This document shows, in pieces, positions 10,301 to 19,234 of a DNA stretch of 31,305 nt. The position numbers and the translations under genes are program-made. Origin of the DNA: Chromatiales bacterium (GTDB lineage Bacteria; Pseudomonadota; Gammaproteobacteria; Chromatiales; Chromatiaceae); assembly GCA_050116235.1 (NCBI GenBank), contig JASFPB010000001.1:1-31305 (forward strand). The letters are read 5' to 3'. Each line of letters begins with the position of its first letter. The stretch's first letter is position 1. The notes under the pieces were generated by a model. It did not search any database. It saw only the letters and a program-made list of their open reading frames with translations, and was not told the origin of the DNA.

Positions 10301-12667
10301 AGGGAGCTGAACGAGAAGATTGAAAGTGTCTTCAAGCGTACTGATATATCGGATGGATTCACGGACGAAGCGGCCGAGGAACTGAAGCGTCTTCTCCATA
10401 CCCTCAAGGGTGCGGCCAGGCTGACAGGCAATGATAGTCTCGGAGATGTCACGCATGCCTTCGAGACCATGCTGATCGAGGCTGATGAGCATGACATCAT
10501 CGATGACAGCCGTGTGTACACGCTTTCCAGAAAGGCAGCAGACTATCTTCACACCCAGATCGAGCTTCTCGAGAGTAACAGTCCGGTGGAGGATGGCAGC
10601 GAGATCCTGGCCCTGCTTGAATTGCCCCTTGAGACAGAAAAGGGCACGAAAGAAGAGCGCACTGAACAGCCGGAAGATACAACCACCAGGCAGGTGACGC
10701 TGCCTGGAAAAGGGAGTGACGAGACTGCTGATCTTGCACTCTCGAAAGAAGAGACCGCTGCAGATCAAATCGAGGAGGAGGGCAGAATCACTGCCGAGAT
10801 CGTTGCATTCCCGCGACGCAGGCGTCCGGTCGTCACAGATGACGCTGACAAGAGGGTGCGCATATCGACCCACATTCTCGACCGCCTTGTCGATGGTGTT
10901 GGCGAGGTCATCACATTTGGCTCGCGTCTGCAACAGCAGCGGAACAGCATTCGGTCAAATCTCAGCGAATTCGAACAGACACTCAAGAGGCTGCGTGAAC
11001 AACTCCGCAGCCTGGAAATCGAGGCCGAGACACACATTCTCTCGCAGTATCAGAAAGACACCGACTACCCGGGTGGCGAGGGTTTCGATCCACTCGAACT
11101 GGACCAGTATTCTGCCATTCAGGAACAGTCGCGTGCGCTTGCAGAAACAATCAGTGACCTCGGTAACATTTCCCAGGGCTTCGACCAGGCACAGCATGAA
11201 ATCGACATGCTGCTATCGCAGCATTCGAGACTCGCCTCCGATCTGCAGGACGTACTGCTTCATACGCGGACAGTGCCATTCATTCAGCACGTCCCGCGAC
11301 TGACCAGGCTGGTCCGCCAGACTTGTGCCTCGACAGGCAAGCATGCCGACTTGCGTATTCTCGGTGAACAGCAAGAGATGGATCGCGGCGTTCTTGATCG
11401 CACGATTCCCCTGCTGGAACATCTGTTACGCAATGCTGTTTATCACGGTATCGAGACACCCGGGGAGCGAGTCGAGAGTGGCAAGAGTGAGCAGGGACTC
11501 ATCAAGGTCAGTCTTGCACGCGAGGGGATGGAGATCATTCTCACTGTCTCGGATGACGGCCGGGGATTCAACAAGGAGGCGATCAGGAAACGCGCGCTGC
11601 AGAAAGGACTGATCAGTGCGAATGATACTCTCAGCGACGAGGATACCCTGCGACTGGCAACACTACCGGGATTCTCGACGGCTGACAGTGTTGACCAGAT
11701 CTCCGGTCGTGGTGTTGGCCTCGATGTCGTCGTCAACGAGGTCGAGAATCTCGGGGGCAGGCTCAATATCGAATCTCTCGAGGGCCAGGGTACAAGCTTC
11801 AGGATTTGCTTTCCATTCAATATCGCTATAACGGATGCCCTGATGCTCTATCAGAACGGTGTCTGGTATGCGATTCCTTCTTCGAGTATCGACAGCGTCG
11901 TCAGGGTGACAAGGAACGAGCTGGATGCATGCTATTCGGGGCGCCGGGAAGGCTACACCTACGGAGACAAGCTTTACCGTATCACCAGTCTTGGTGATTA
12001 CTTCGGTCAGGAACAACAGCCACCGGCCGACAAGCGTAAATGGCATTCATTACTGCTTGTCAGTTCCGGCAGTAAACATATCGCCCTGCATCCCGAAGAG
12101 GTGCATGGACACAGCCAGATCGTCCTCAAGCCAGTCGGGCCGCAACTCGAAACCGTTCCGTGGATCATCGGTGGAACCGTCAAGGGAGATGGAAACGCCG
12201 CGATCGTCATCGATCCGACAGCGCTGATCAACCTCGAGATGGAAGAGAGAGAGGAGGCCGTCGAGGTTCAGGAAACCGTTGAACAGCCCCTGATGGTGAT
12301 GGTGATCGATGATTCCATAACCATGAGAAAAGTGACAGGCGGCATGCTCGAGAGGAATGGTTATGACATCATGACAGCAAAGGACGGCGTGGACGCGCTG
12401 GCACAACTCGAACATTCACGGCCTGATATCATCCTGCTTGATATCGAAATGCCCCGCATGGATGGCTTCGAACTGGCACGTCACTTGCGCAGCAATGACC
12501 TGTACAGGGATATTCCGATCATCATGGTGACATCCCGCACGGGTGACAAACACAGGGAGCGCGCCAGGGAGCTATCGATCGAATCCTACATGGGGAAACC
12601 TTTCCAGGAGAAAGAGCTGCTTGAGAGTATCAGTGAACTTGCAGCAGACAGGAGGTTCAGAGCATGA
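7343..12667 (+). CDS. chpA: Hybrid CheA-like histidine kinase/response regulator ChpA (PilL)
   Basis: N-terminal FimL-like Hpt repeats, two HTLKG Hpt motifs, HATPase (HLLRNAVYHGIE, SDDGRG, SGRGVGLDVV), a CheW domain and a C-terminal receiver (DDSITMR, DIEMPRMDG, KPF). Confidence 0.93.
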   Translation: MKSESTITSGYNEITLGWVSHEINNSLVQAKQYLEAYQEHGDTDDLEACWSQMHHLRNTLVVINLHGASMLTDELEAVLKFLLKRDVDGNEEDILQAIFGGILSLQDYLERIEKGAPDVPVILLPVLNELRASRQKHLLSESAFFSPRLKEIIDNELAEPFEDSGELRRYLVGNRAAFHRSLLKWFQNSDASSGLLVIREILEGAAQRASRPVSRLFTLGAHLAGLVSNNPDESSIATKLIVGHIDAIFRTVITSGESGLRDNYPVERLRNMLFYVGQSESSSSDILKLKEEYSLDSELAGKQSHIPSPATVEAVSGALTSDITELKDALDIYNRSLVKDNSLLQTIVPRLRQVADTVGMLGLGNQRQLLLEHANVFNGCLTKNSVIENEFLEKLANDLLGVESVLPDLFYFKPAKAGSDPSQLVSDADLQQYTTETMSESLTEVAKVKDLIVKSLESDEPQPLIEVPLLLRRLAGVLRILNLQHVGEMVLQISRYIEGYQDDNQALLGDEESINKLADIVSGLEYYLEVAPYRCRQEREILEYLTAEIARLTVPEEVERDTTPEHDVDLSAGQEVEETEAHVEKPVTGSETKTAVEESAELPADEVSEESVPEVRQPAAPESFIDDEILDIFRQEAQEQLEIIEEYYPEWKKDHNDAESLLTVRRSFHTLKGSGRTVGATRIAEFAWEIENLLNNVIDGIVAPNQRVLALLDRAIAYLPGLLGGTAASDGEREYIEQQAREILLSVSEKGRDKSEVSPGDSEKVGEYLSSIRNGFTALAGFLRLIQSCTASPRDCNVALFDDSIRDLHTAAENVEAETLVGLASFAQELALTGESGEWFNQALLEHCVKSQAELGKLLDATDTGAVVEVQEIQGAIESLRDEVEEVMTDLGRLLQPEEEIGSDTFVHEPESEQPISPPHLEEETPERVSQDSELLSTDESKKRIVETQEEHAGDLEVETELSGSGIATEQTEPEDELLPVFLEEARELNEKIESVFKRTDISDGFTDEAAEELKRLLHTLKGAARLTGNDSLGDVTHAFETMLIEADEHDIIDDSRVYTLSRKAADYLHTQIELLESNSPVEDGSEILALLELPLETEKGTKEERTEQPEDTTTRQVTLPGKGSDETADLALSKEETAADQIEEEGRITAEIVAFPRRRRPVVTDDADKRVRISTHILDRLVDGVGEVITFGSRLQQQRNSIRSNLSEFEQTLKRLREQLRSLEIEAETHILSQYQKDTDYPGGEGFDPLELDQYSAIQEQSRALAETISDLGNISQGFDQAQHEIDMLLSQHSRLASDLQDVLLHTRTVPFIQHVPRLTRLVRQTCASTGKHADLRILGEQQEMDRGVLDRTIPLLEHLLRNAVYHGIETPGERVESGKSEQGLIKVSLAREGMEIILTVSDDGRGFNKEAIRKRALQKGLISANDTLSDEDTLRLATLPGFSTADSVDQISGRGVGLDVVVNEVENLGGRLNIESLEGQGTSFRICFPFNIAITDALMLYQNGVWYAIPSSSIDSVVRVTRNELDACYSGRREGYTYGDKLYRITSLGDYFGQEQQPPADKRKWHSLLLVSSGSKHIALHPEEVHGHSQIVLKPVGPQLETVPWIIGGTVKGDGNAAIVIDPTALINLEMEEREEAVEVQETVEQPLMVMVIDDSITMRKVTGGMLERNGYDIMTAKDGVDALAQLEHSRPDIILLDIEMPRMDGFELARHLRSNDLYRDIPIIMVTSRTGDKHRERARELSIESYMGKPFQEKELLESISELAADRRFRA

Positions 12668-13128
12668 ATGCCGAGCAGCGGTCTGTCGGCCTGCGCGCAT
12701 TACTGCTGCCTCTTCGAGAGACATCATTACTGTTGCCACAGAATGTCGTAGCTGATATCTCATTCCATTACGAGAAGGCGCGTGACCGTCAGGGGAAACC
12801 TGACTGGTTTCATGGCGACCTCTACTGGCATGGCAATAACGTTCCTGTCATCTCCTATGAAAAACTCAACGGGCAGGCCTATATCCCGGGCCATCACAAG
12901 GAGAAGATCGCGATCTGCAACCTGCTTGATGCATCCGGCAACTACCCGGCTGTTGGTATCCTCGTCAGGGCCGTGCCGCGGATGGTGCAGGTTGATGAGG
13001 GGATTCTGTTGACAGAGGAATCAGCCGTCAAGGACAGCTTCGCACTGGCAAACGTGAGATTCCAGGGAGAGAGCATGATCATTCCCGACATCCAGAAGAT
13101 CGGACGCGAGATCAACAGGATACTCTGA
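12664..13128 (+). CDS. chpC: CheW-like protein ChpC
   Basis: LLLPL...LLLPQNVVADI, WFHGDLYWHGNNVPVISYE; ATGA overlap with the chpA stop; last gene of the Pil-Chp cluster. Confidence 0.8.
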   Translation: MNAEQRSVGLRALLLPLRETSLLLPQNVVADISFHYEKARDRQGKPDWFHGDLYWHGNNVPVISYEKLNGQAYIPGHHKEKIAICNLLDASGNYPAVGILVRAVPRMVQVDEGILLTEESAVKDSFALANVRFQGESMIIPDIQKIGREINRIL

Positions 13129-13139
13129 GGCTCAATTGA

Positions 13140-14219
13140 TCAGTCGCCAGTATACTTTCCGCTGATTCCATGCTCTTCGGCAAATCCGAGCATGCGCTCT
13201 ATCGGTATCAATGCCTTCTGCCGAATATTCTCATCGATGTAAATCTCGTTCTCTCCGCTGATCAGCACCTCTTCGAGGTTCTGGAGTGAATTCATTGCCA
13301 TCCAGGGACAGTGGGCACAGGACTCGCAGGTCGCTCCCTCACCGGCAGTTGGCGCTGAAATCAGGGTTTTATGCGGTGCAACCTGCTGCATCTTCCAGAA
13401 AATTCCATCGTCTGTTGCCACGATAAACTTGTCCTGTTCCATTTCGGATACTGCCTTGATGAGCTGTGTGGTCGAGCCGACGACATCGGCCTGATCGATC
13501 ACATGTTCGGGAGATTCCGGATGCACGAGAACGGCTGCATCCGGGTGCAGGCGCCGGATACGCTCGAGTGCGACGGACTTGAATTCTTCATGTACAACGC
13601 AGGAGCCGGGCCAGAGCAGCATATCGGCACCGGTCACTTTCTCGATGTATTTGCCGAGATGGCGGTCGGGTGCCCAGAGCACTTTTTCACCGCGTTCCTT
13701 GAGATGACTCACGATCGGCAGTGCGATTCCCGATGTCACCATCCAGTCGGCACGGGCCTTTACGGCAGCAGAAGTATTGGCATACACGACGACCGTATGA
13801 TCAGGATGTTCGTCGCAGAACTGTGAGAAAAGATCAGCGGGACAGCCGACGTCGAGTGAACAGGTCGCATCGAGATCGGGCATCAGGACGCGTTTTTCGG
13901 GGTTGAGGATTTTCGAGGTCTCACCCATGAAGCGCACGCCGCAAACAATAATTGTCTCTGCATGCGTGGTCGTGCCAAACCGCGCCATTTCGAGTGAATC
14001 AGCGACACATCCACCGGTTTCCTCGGCCAGTGCCTGCAGATCGCCATCCGTGTAGTAGTGCGCAACCAGGACGGCATTTTGTTCCTTGAGCAGTTTCCTG
14101 ATACGTTCCCTGAGTTCCGCTTTCTCTTCGACCGAGAGTTCAGGCCAGACCGGATGTTTGGGAACCTTGATACTGTTGCGAATGGCGTCCGCTGAAATCT
14201 TGATACTGTTGGTTGACAT
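13140..14219 (-). CDS. nadA: Quinolinate synthase A
   Basis: [24 protein letters not shown], the [4Fe-4S] cysteines in [14 protein letters not shown] and [10 protein letters not shown], plus VHPES. Start is at 14219 or 14225. Confidence 0.96.
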   Translation of the reverse strand: MSTNSIKISADAIRNSIKVPKHPVWPELSVEEKAELRERIRKLLKEQNAVLVAHYYTDGDLQALAEETGGCVADSLEMARFGTTTHAETIIVCGVRFMGETSKILNPEKRVLMPDLDATCSLDVGCPADLFSQFCDEHPDHTVVVYANTSAAVKARADWMVTSGIALPIVSHLKERGEKVLWAPDRHLGKYIEKVTGADMLLWPGSCVVHEEFKSVALERIRRLHPDAAVLVHPESPEHVIDQADVVGSTTQLIKAVSEMEQDKFIVATDDGIFWKMQQVAPHKTLISAPTAGEGATCESCAHCPWMAMNSLQNLEEVLISGENEIYIDENIRQKALIPIERMLGFAEEHGISGKYTGD

Positions 14220-14299
14220 GCGCATTCGATTTGCTGATTACAGTTGATGCTGATTCTATCCGAAGTTCTTGTGAAAATCCGGTTACAATTCGGCCCACC

Positions 14300-17200
14300 A
14301 TGCATGACGAGCACCGGTTTCCAGACGACTCCCTCATTGATGACTGCCTGCTTGCTGACCGCCACGCTTTCAGAAAGCGCCTTGACGGCCTCAAACGGCG
14401 CCTGAAGCAGAAACAGCCTGTCGATGCTGGACTGGAGAAACTCGAAAAGGCGATTGCGGAGTCGCTGCGAACGGTTGCAGTACGCCGTGAACTCGCGCAG
14501 GAAATCAATTTCCCGCCTGACCTGCCGATCAGCGGGTCTCTTGATCAGATCCGGGAGACCATTGCCGCGAACCAGGTTGTGATCCTCTGCGGCGAGACCG
14601 GATCCGGAAAATCCACCCAGCTGCCGAAAATATGCCTTTCAATGGGACTGGGTACGCATGGACGGATCGGCCATACCCAGCCACGCCGTATCGCTGCTCG
14701 CAGCCTGATGTCGCGCATCAGCACTGAACTCGAGACTGAACCGGGGACGCTTGTCGGCTACAAGGTGCGTTTCAAGGATCATGTCCGGCCGCAGACGCGT
14801 GTCAAGCTCATGACCGACGGTATCCTGCTCGCCGAGATACAGCGGGATGCCTGGCTAAATGAATACGACACCCTGATCATCGACGAGGCACATGAGCGCA
14901 GCCTCAATATCGATTTTCTGATCGGTTATCTGAAACAGTTGATCAAGCGACGCAGCGATCTCAAGATCATCATCACATCGGCCACCATCGATCCGCAACG
15001 CTTCTCGAGACATTTCGACAATGTGCCTGTCATCGAGGTTTCCGGCAGAACCTATCCGGTCGAACTCCGTTACCGGCCACTTGAGGAAGAGGGCGTTTCC
15101 GAGCGTGACGAGGCTATGCAGCTGGCGATTGTCGATGCTGTCGATGAACTTTCTCGCGAGGATTCCGGCGATGTCCTGATCTTCCTCTCTGGCGAGCGCG
15201 AGATCAGGGAAACAGCGGAGACACTGCGCAAACACAAATTGCAGGCAACAGAGGTATTGCCGCTTTATGCGCGTCTTTCTCCTGCGGATCAGGCGAGAAT
15301 CTTCCGTTCCTCCGGCAAGAGGCGGATCGTTCTTGCAACCAACGTTGCCGAGACTTCGCTGACGGTACCGGGTATCCGTCATGTCATCGATACCGGTTTT
15401 GCACGCATAAGCCGATACAGCCATCGCAGCAAGGTACAGCGACTTCCGGTCGAATTTATCAGTCAGGCCTCGGCCAACCAGCGCAAGGGACGCTGCGGTC
15501 GTGTTGCCGAGGGGATCTGCGTTCGTCTCTATAGTGAGGAGCAATTTGAGAGCCGGCGTCCATTCACGGAGCCGGAGATCCAGCGCACGAATCTCGCCTC
15601 GGTAATCCTGCAGATGAAGTTGCTACGCTTCGGTGATATCGCGACCTTCCCGTTCATCGATCCACCTGACAAGCGCCTTGTTCGGGATGGCTATCGGTTG
15701 CTCGAGGAGATCGGGGCGGTTGACGGTGAGCGCAGTGTGACGCGCATCGGCAGACAACTCGCGCGCCTTCCTGTCGACCCGCGTGTTGGTCGCATGCTGC
15801 TCGAGGCCGCACATGGCAGTTGCCTCAGGGAGTTGCTGGTGATTGCAGCGGCCCTCTCCATACAGGATCCACGCGACCGACCGCTTGACAAACAGCAGGC
15901 TGCCGATGAGGCTCACAGGTTATTCCATGACGAGCATTCCGACTTTGGAGCTTATGTGAATCTCTGGAAGCATCTCGAGGAGCAGCGACATCACCTCACA
16001 CGGCGCAAGTTCATCCGGCACTGTCGCGAATATTTCCTCTCTCCGACACGAGTACAGGAGTGGCACGATATACATCAACAGCTCAGGCTGCAGATGCATG
16101 AACTGGGTTACAGGGAAAACGAGCAGGACGCCGGCTACGAGGAGATCCACAGGGCAATTCTTTCGGGACTGCTGTCGCATATCGGGTTTCGCGAGAGCGG
16201 CTCCGACCGTGACTACAAGGGAGCGAGAGGCAGCCGTTTTTTCGTATTTCCGGGTTCCTCTCTTTTTGAACAGCAGCCAAAGTGGATTGTGGCTGCAGAG
16301 CTGGTCGAGACGACGCGGCTTTATGGACGTACGCTGGCGATGGTAAAGCCCCAGTGGATCGAATCGATGGCCGGCCATCTGCTCAAGCGCAGCTACTCGG
16401 AACCGCACTGGCAGTCAAAACGCGGCCAGGTCGCCGGATACGAGAAAATCACACTTTATGGCCTTACCCTCGTGCGGCGCCGGCGCATCAATTTCGGGCC
16501 GGTCGACCCTGAGACATCACGCGAGATCTTTATTCGTTCGGCGCTTGTCGATGAAGATTTCCAGACTCGCGCGCCATTCTGGCGACACAACCTCGAACTT
16601 CTCAAAGGCCTGCGCCAGCAGGAGGCAAAGTCCCGCAGTCGCGATATCCTTGTTGACGAGGAAGCCCTCTATCATTTTTATGATGAGCGTATTCCGAAGG
16701 AAATCTACAGCACGCCGCAGTTCGAACAGTGGCTCCGCAAGGCAACGCAGCAACAGCCCAAGCTGCTTCACCTGACGGAGCAGGATTTACTCAGACCCGG
16801 GGCCCTGAAAGTCGAGAAAGAGCAGTTTCCGGATTCTCTCGAGATCAACGGTATGCACCTGCCGCTCGAATACCATTTCGAGCCGGGTGCGGAGAATGAT
16901 GGTGTCACGCTTCTCGTTCCCGAAGAGGTTCTGAACCAGATAACCGAGGAGCAGCTGGAATGGCTGGTACCCGGCTTGCTCGAGGAGCGCATCACGACGC
17001 TTTTACGCGGGCTGCCCAAACCCCTGAGGCGCAATTTCGTTCCGATTCCCGATACGGCAAAGGCTGTCCTCGAACGTCTCAAACCCTCGAATGACTCCCT
17101 TCTTCTGGCCATTGCCTCGACCCTAAAAGAGATGACGGGTGTGCATATCTCCGAAACCGACTGGCCGCGCGAAGAGTTGCCGGGGCACCTGCAAATGAAC

Positions 17201-18208
17201 CTGCGCATCGTCGATGCCGGCGGCAAGACGCTCGCCGCGGGACGCAATCTCACGCAGCTCAAGCGCAAGACTGCCGGCAGTGGTGGGAAAGGCCCCGGAA
17301 TAAAGCGCATGCCCTCTCATGATATTGAGCAGGAGGGCATCACCCGCTGGAATTTTGGCGACTTGCCTGAGCAGGTCAGCATCGACAGGGCAGGGATCAG
17401 CCTTACAGGTTTTCCGGCACTTGTCGACATGGGCAAGGATGTCGCGATCCGCATACTCGACAGCAGGTCCAATGCCCTCCATGAGCACCGCAAGGGGCTT
17501 CGGCGGCTGATCATGCTCACGCTGGCGCTACAGGTCAAGTTCCTGCGCAAGGAGCTCGCGGGCGTTGACAGGATGCGCTTGCAGATGGCAAAGGCACCGG
17601 GCCGCGTGACAGGCAAACAAATTGACATCGAACAGGAACTCGTGAGCCTGGTCATCGATCGTACCTTCCTGCATGAACATGCCGACATCCGCAAGCAGAT
17701 GAATTTCGAGACAGTACTCAGGCGACACAAGGCCGACCTCATGAGCGTTGCCAGTGAGACAGTCAAACTGGTGTCGCAGATTCTCGACAGCTATCAGAAG
17801 TTGCGCAAGCAGCTGTCGTCAATCACGGCGATCAACTGGCTGGCATCCGTGAAGGACATGCAGCAGCAGCTTGACGGACTTGTCTACCAGGGCTTCCTCC
17901 AGGAAACTCCATGGGAGCATCTGCAGCGTTATCTTGCTTACATCAGAGCGCTTGAACTGCGCCTCGAAAAGCTCAAGCATGCTGCAGCACGTGACCGGCA
18001 GTCGATGCAGGAACTGGCAAAGATCCATGAGAAATGGAAGTTGCGCCATGACCGGATGTCTGCAGATCACCGGTATGATGAACGACTCGAAGAGATTCGC
18101 TGGTCTATCGAGGAACTGCGCATCTCTCTTTTTGCACAGGAAGTCAAGACCGCATTTCCCGTCTCCGTGAAACGTCTCGAGAAACGCTGGGAGGAACTGG
18201 GGCTCTAG
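14300..18208 (+). CDS. hrpA: ATP-dependent RNA helicase HrpA
   Basis: GETGSGKSTQLPK, TQPRRIAA, DEAHERSLNID, SATID, TNVAETSLTVPG and QRKGRCGR, with the long HrpA C-terminus ending EELRISLFAQE. Start set at ATG 14300 because the 14213 extension overlaps nadA. Confidence 0.96.
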   Translation: MHDEHRFPDDSLIDDCLLADRHAFRKRLDGLKRRLKQKQPVDAGLEKLEKAIAESLRTVAVRRELAQEINFPPDLPISGSLDQIRETIAANQVVILCGETGSGKSTQLPKICLSMGLGTHGRIGHTQPRRIAARSLMSRISTELETEPGTLVGYKVRFKDHVRPQTRVKLMTDGILLAEIQRDAWLNEYDTLIIDEAHERSLNIDFLIGYLKQLIKRRSDLKIIITSATIDPQRFSRHFDNVPVIEVSGRTYPVELRYRPLEEEGVSERDEAMQLAIVDAVDELSREDSGDVLIFLSGEREIRETAETLRKHKLQATEVLPLYARLSPADQARIFRSSGKRRIVLATNVAETSLTVPGIRHVIDTGFARISRYSHRSKVQRLPVEFISQASANQRKGRCGRVAEGICVRLYSEEQFESRRPFTEPEIQRTNLASVILQMKLLRFGDIATFPFIDPPDKRLVRDGYRLLEEIGAVDGERSVTRIGRQLARLPVDPRVGRMLLEAAHGSCLRELLVIAAALSIQDPRDRPLDKQQAADEAHRLFHDEHSDFGAYVNLWKHLEEQRHHLTRRKFIRHCREYFLSPTRVQEWHDIHQQLRLQMHELGYRENEQDAGYEEIHRAILSGLLSHIGFRESGSDRDYKGARGSRFFVFPGSSLFEQQPKWIVAAELVETTRLYGRTLAMVKPQWIESMAGHLLKRSYSEPHWQSKRGQVAGYEKITLYGLTLVRRRRINFGPVDPETSREIFIRSALVDEDFQTRAPFWRHNLELLKGLRQQEAKSRSRDILVDEEALYHFYDERIPKEIYSTPQFEQWLRKATQQQPKLLHLTEQDLLRPGALKVEKEQFPDSLEINGMHLPLEYHFEPGAENDGVTLLVPEEVLNQITEEQLEWLVPGLLEERITTLLRGLPKPLRRNFVPIPDTAKAVLERLKPSNDSLLLAIASTLKEMTGVHISETDWPREELPGHLQMNLRIVDAGGKTLAAGRNLTQLKRKTAGSGGKGPGIKRMPSHDIEQEGITRWNFGDLPEQVSIDRAGISLTGFPALVDMGKDVAIRILDSRSNALHEHRKGLRRLIMLTLALQVKFLRKELAGVDRMRLQMAKAPGRVTGKQIDIEQELVSLVIDRTFLHEHADIRKQMNFETVLRRHKADLMSVASETVKLVSQILDSYQKLRKQLSSITAINWLASVKDMQQQLDGLVYQGFLQETPWEHLQRYLAYIRALELRLEKLKHAAARDRQSMQELAKIHEKWKLRHDRMSADHRYDERLEEIRWSIEELRISLFAQEVKTAFPVSVKRLEKRWEELGL

Positions 18209-18209
18209 G

Positions 18210-18503
18210 TCATGGCTTGTCTGTGTGCCCCAGATCGCGTTCCGGTGAAACCATGTCGCGTACCTTCTGCTTCAGCTCCTTGATATCCGGGAAGCGACCT
18301 TCCTGCTTGCGTGACCAGACCAGTTCGCCGTTGAGGTGGATGTCGTAAACGCCGCCTGTGCCAGGACGCAAGGCGACCTCCGTCAGCTCGTCCTGGAAAG
18401 TAGTCAGCAGCTCTTGCTGCATCCAGGCGGCGCGCAGCAGCCATCGGCACTGGGTGCAGTAGTGTATGGTGAGGCGGTTTTCCTCCGATGTATTCGATGT
18501 CAT
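18210..18503 (-). CDS. SelT/SelW/SelH (Rdx) family thioredoxin-like protein, CxxC form
   Basis: IHYCTQCRWLLRAAWMQQELLTTF...EVALRPGTGGVYDI...WSRKQEGRFPDIKELKQKVRDMVSPERDLGH is the typical bacterial Rdx pattern. Confidence 0.92.
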   Translation of the reverse strand: MTSNTSEENRLTIHYCTQCRWLLRAAWMQQELLTTFQDELTEVALRPGTGGVYDIHLNGELVWSRKQEGRFPDIKELKQKVRDMVSPERDLGHTDKP

Positions 18504-18669
18504 GGGGCAGAGATCTCCGGTGTCATCTGTGTCCGGGGCGATTCTATCCGGGATTTGGTCTCTGTTTCATGGATCTTCTGTAGCGATTCCTGGTTTTTTC
18601 TCTTTGTGTCTGCCACACGGGCTTCGTGTCTTCTCGACATCAGGAGCGTGGATATTGGACACTTGGTAC

Positions 18670-19083
18670 ATGTACAACCTCTTCACCTACGGATCACTGA
18701 TGTTTAGCGAAGTCTGGGACCGCGTGGTCGACGGGAATTACCCCTCCCGGCACGCGACCTTGCGCGGCTACGTGCGCAGGCAGTTACGCGGCGAAACCTA
18801 CCCTGCGATCGTACCGGCCCCGGGAGAGTCATGCCTTGACGGCGTCCTCTATTGCGGAATCATACCGGAGGACATGGCGCGACTGGACCGCTTCGAGGGC
18901 GATTACTATACGTGCTCGGCGGTTACTGTTTTGACAACTGCAGGGGCAGCTCTCGATGCATATACCTATGTTCTCAGGGAGCAGTATCACCACATGCTCT
19001 CTGCCGAAGCGTGGGATACCGAGCTTTTCTTGAAAGAGGGAATACAGCAGTTCCTGTCGGATTATTCCGGTTTCGACCGCTGA
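18670..19083 (+). CDS. Gamma-glutamylcyclotransferase (AIG2-like) family protein
   Basis: From ATG 18670: MYNLFTYGSLM, YPAIVP, GVLY, LDRFEGDYY and AYTYV match the GGCT fold motifs. The track ORF from 18466 is an upstream extension overlapping the Rdx gene. Confidence 0.88.
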   Translation: MYNLFTYGSLMFSEVWDRVVDGNYPSRHATLRGYVRRQLRGETYPAIVPAPGESCLDGVLYCGIIPEDMARLDRFEGDYYTCSAVTVLTTAGAALDAYTYVLREQYHHMLSAEAWDTELFLKEGIQQFLSDYSGFDR

Positions 19084-19234
19084 TATTCCCTCTGCAGCGC
19101 GTGTTTCTCCAGCAGACCTCCACAAACATGAGTCAGATCAAAACCTGACTCCGCGTCAGACTATATAGTCGAGAGTCTGAATGTCCCGATTCAAACAGTT
19201 ATCGGGACGGCTCGGTCGGAAAGAGGTGGACGAG

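Noticed and set aside
10091-10933. 280-aa minus-strand ORF, and similar long antisense ORFs at 14855-15544, 19529-20137, 20531-21196 and 29840-30688
   Set aside because: Each lies fully opposite a well-supported gene (chpA, hrpA, ppk2, sor, gldFG) and shows no family motifs.
18501-18671. In-frame upstream ATG (18671) with a TGA at 18567-18569 ahead of the Rdx gene, suggesting selenocysteine read-through
   Set aside because: In SelW-family selenoproteins Sec occupies the CxxU motif, and here that motif is CxxC (TGC). The TGA lies outside the domain, I see no bacterial SECIS-like hairpin, and the ATG collides with the GGCT start.
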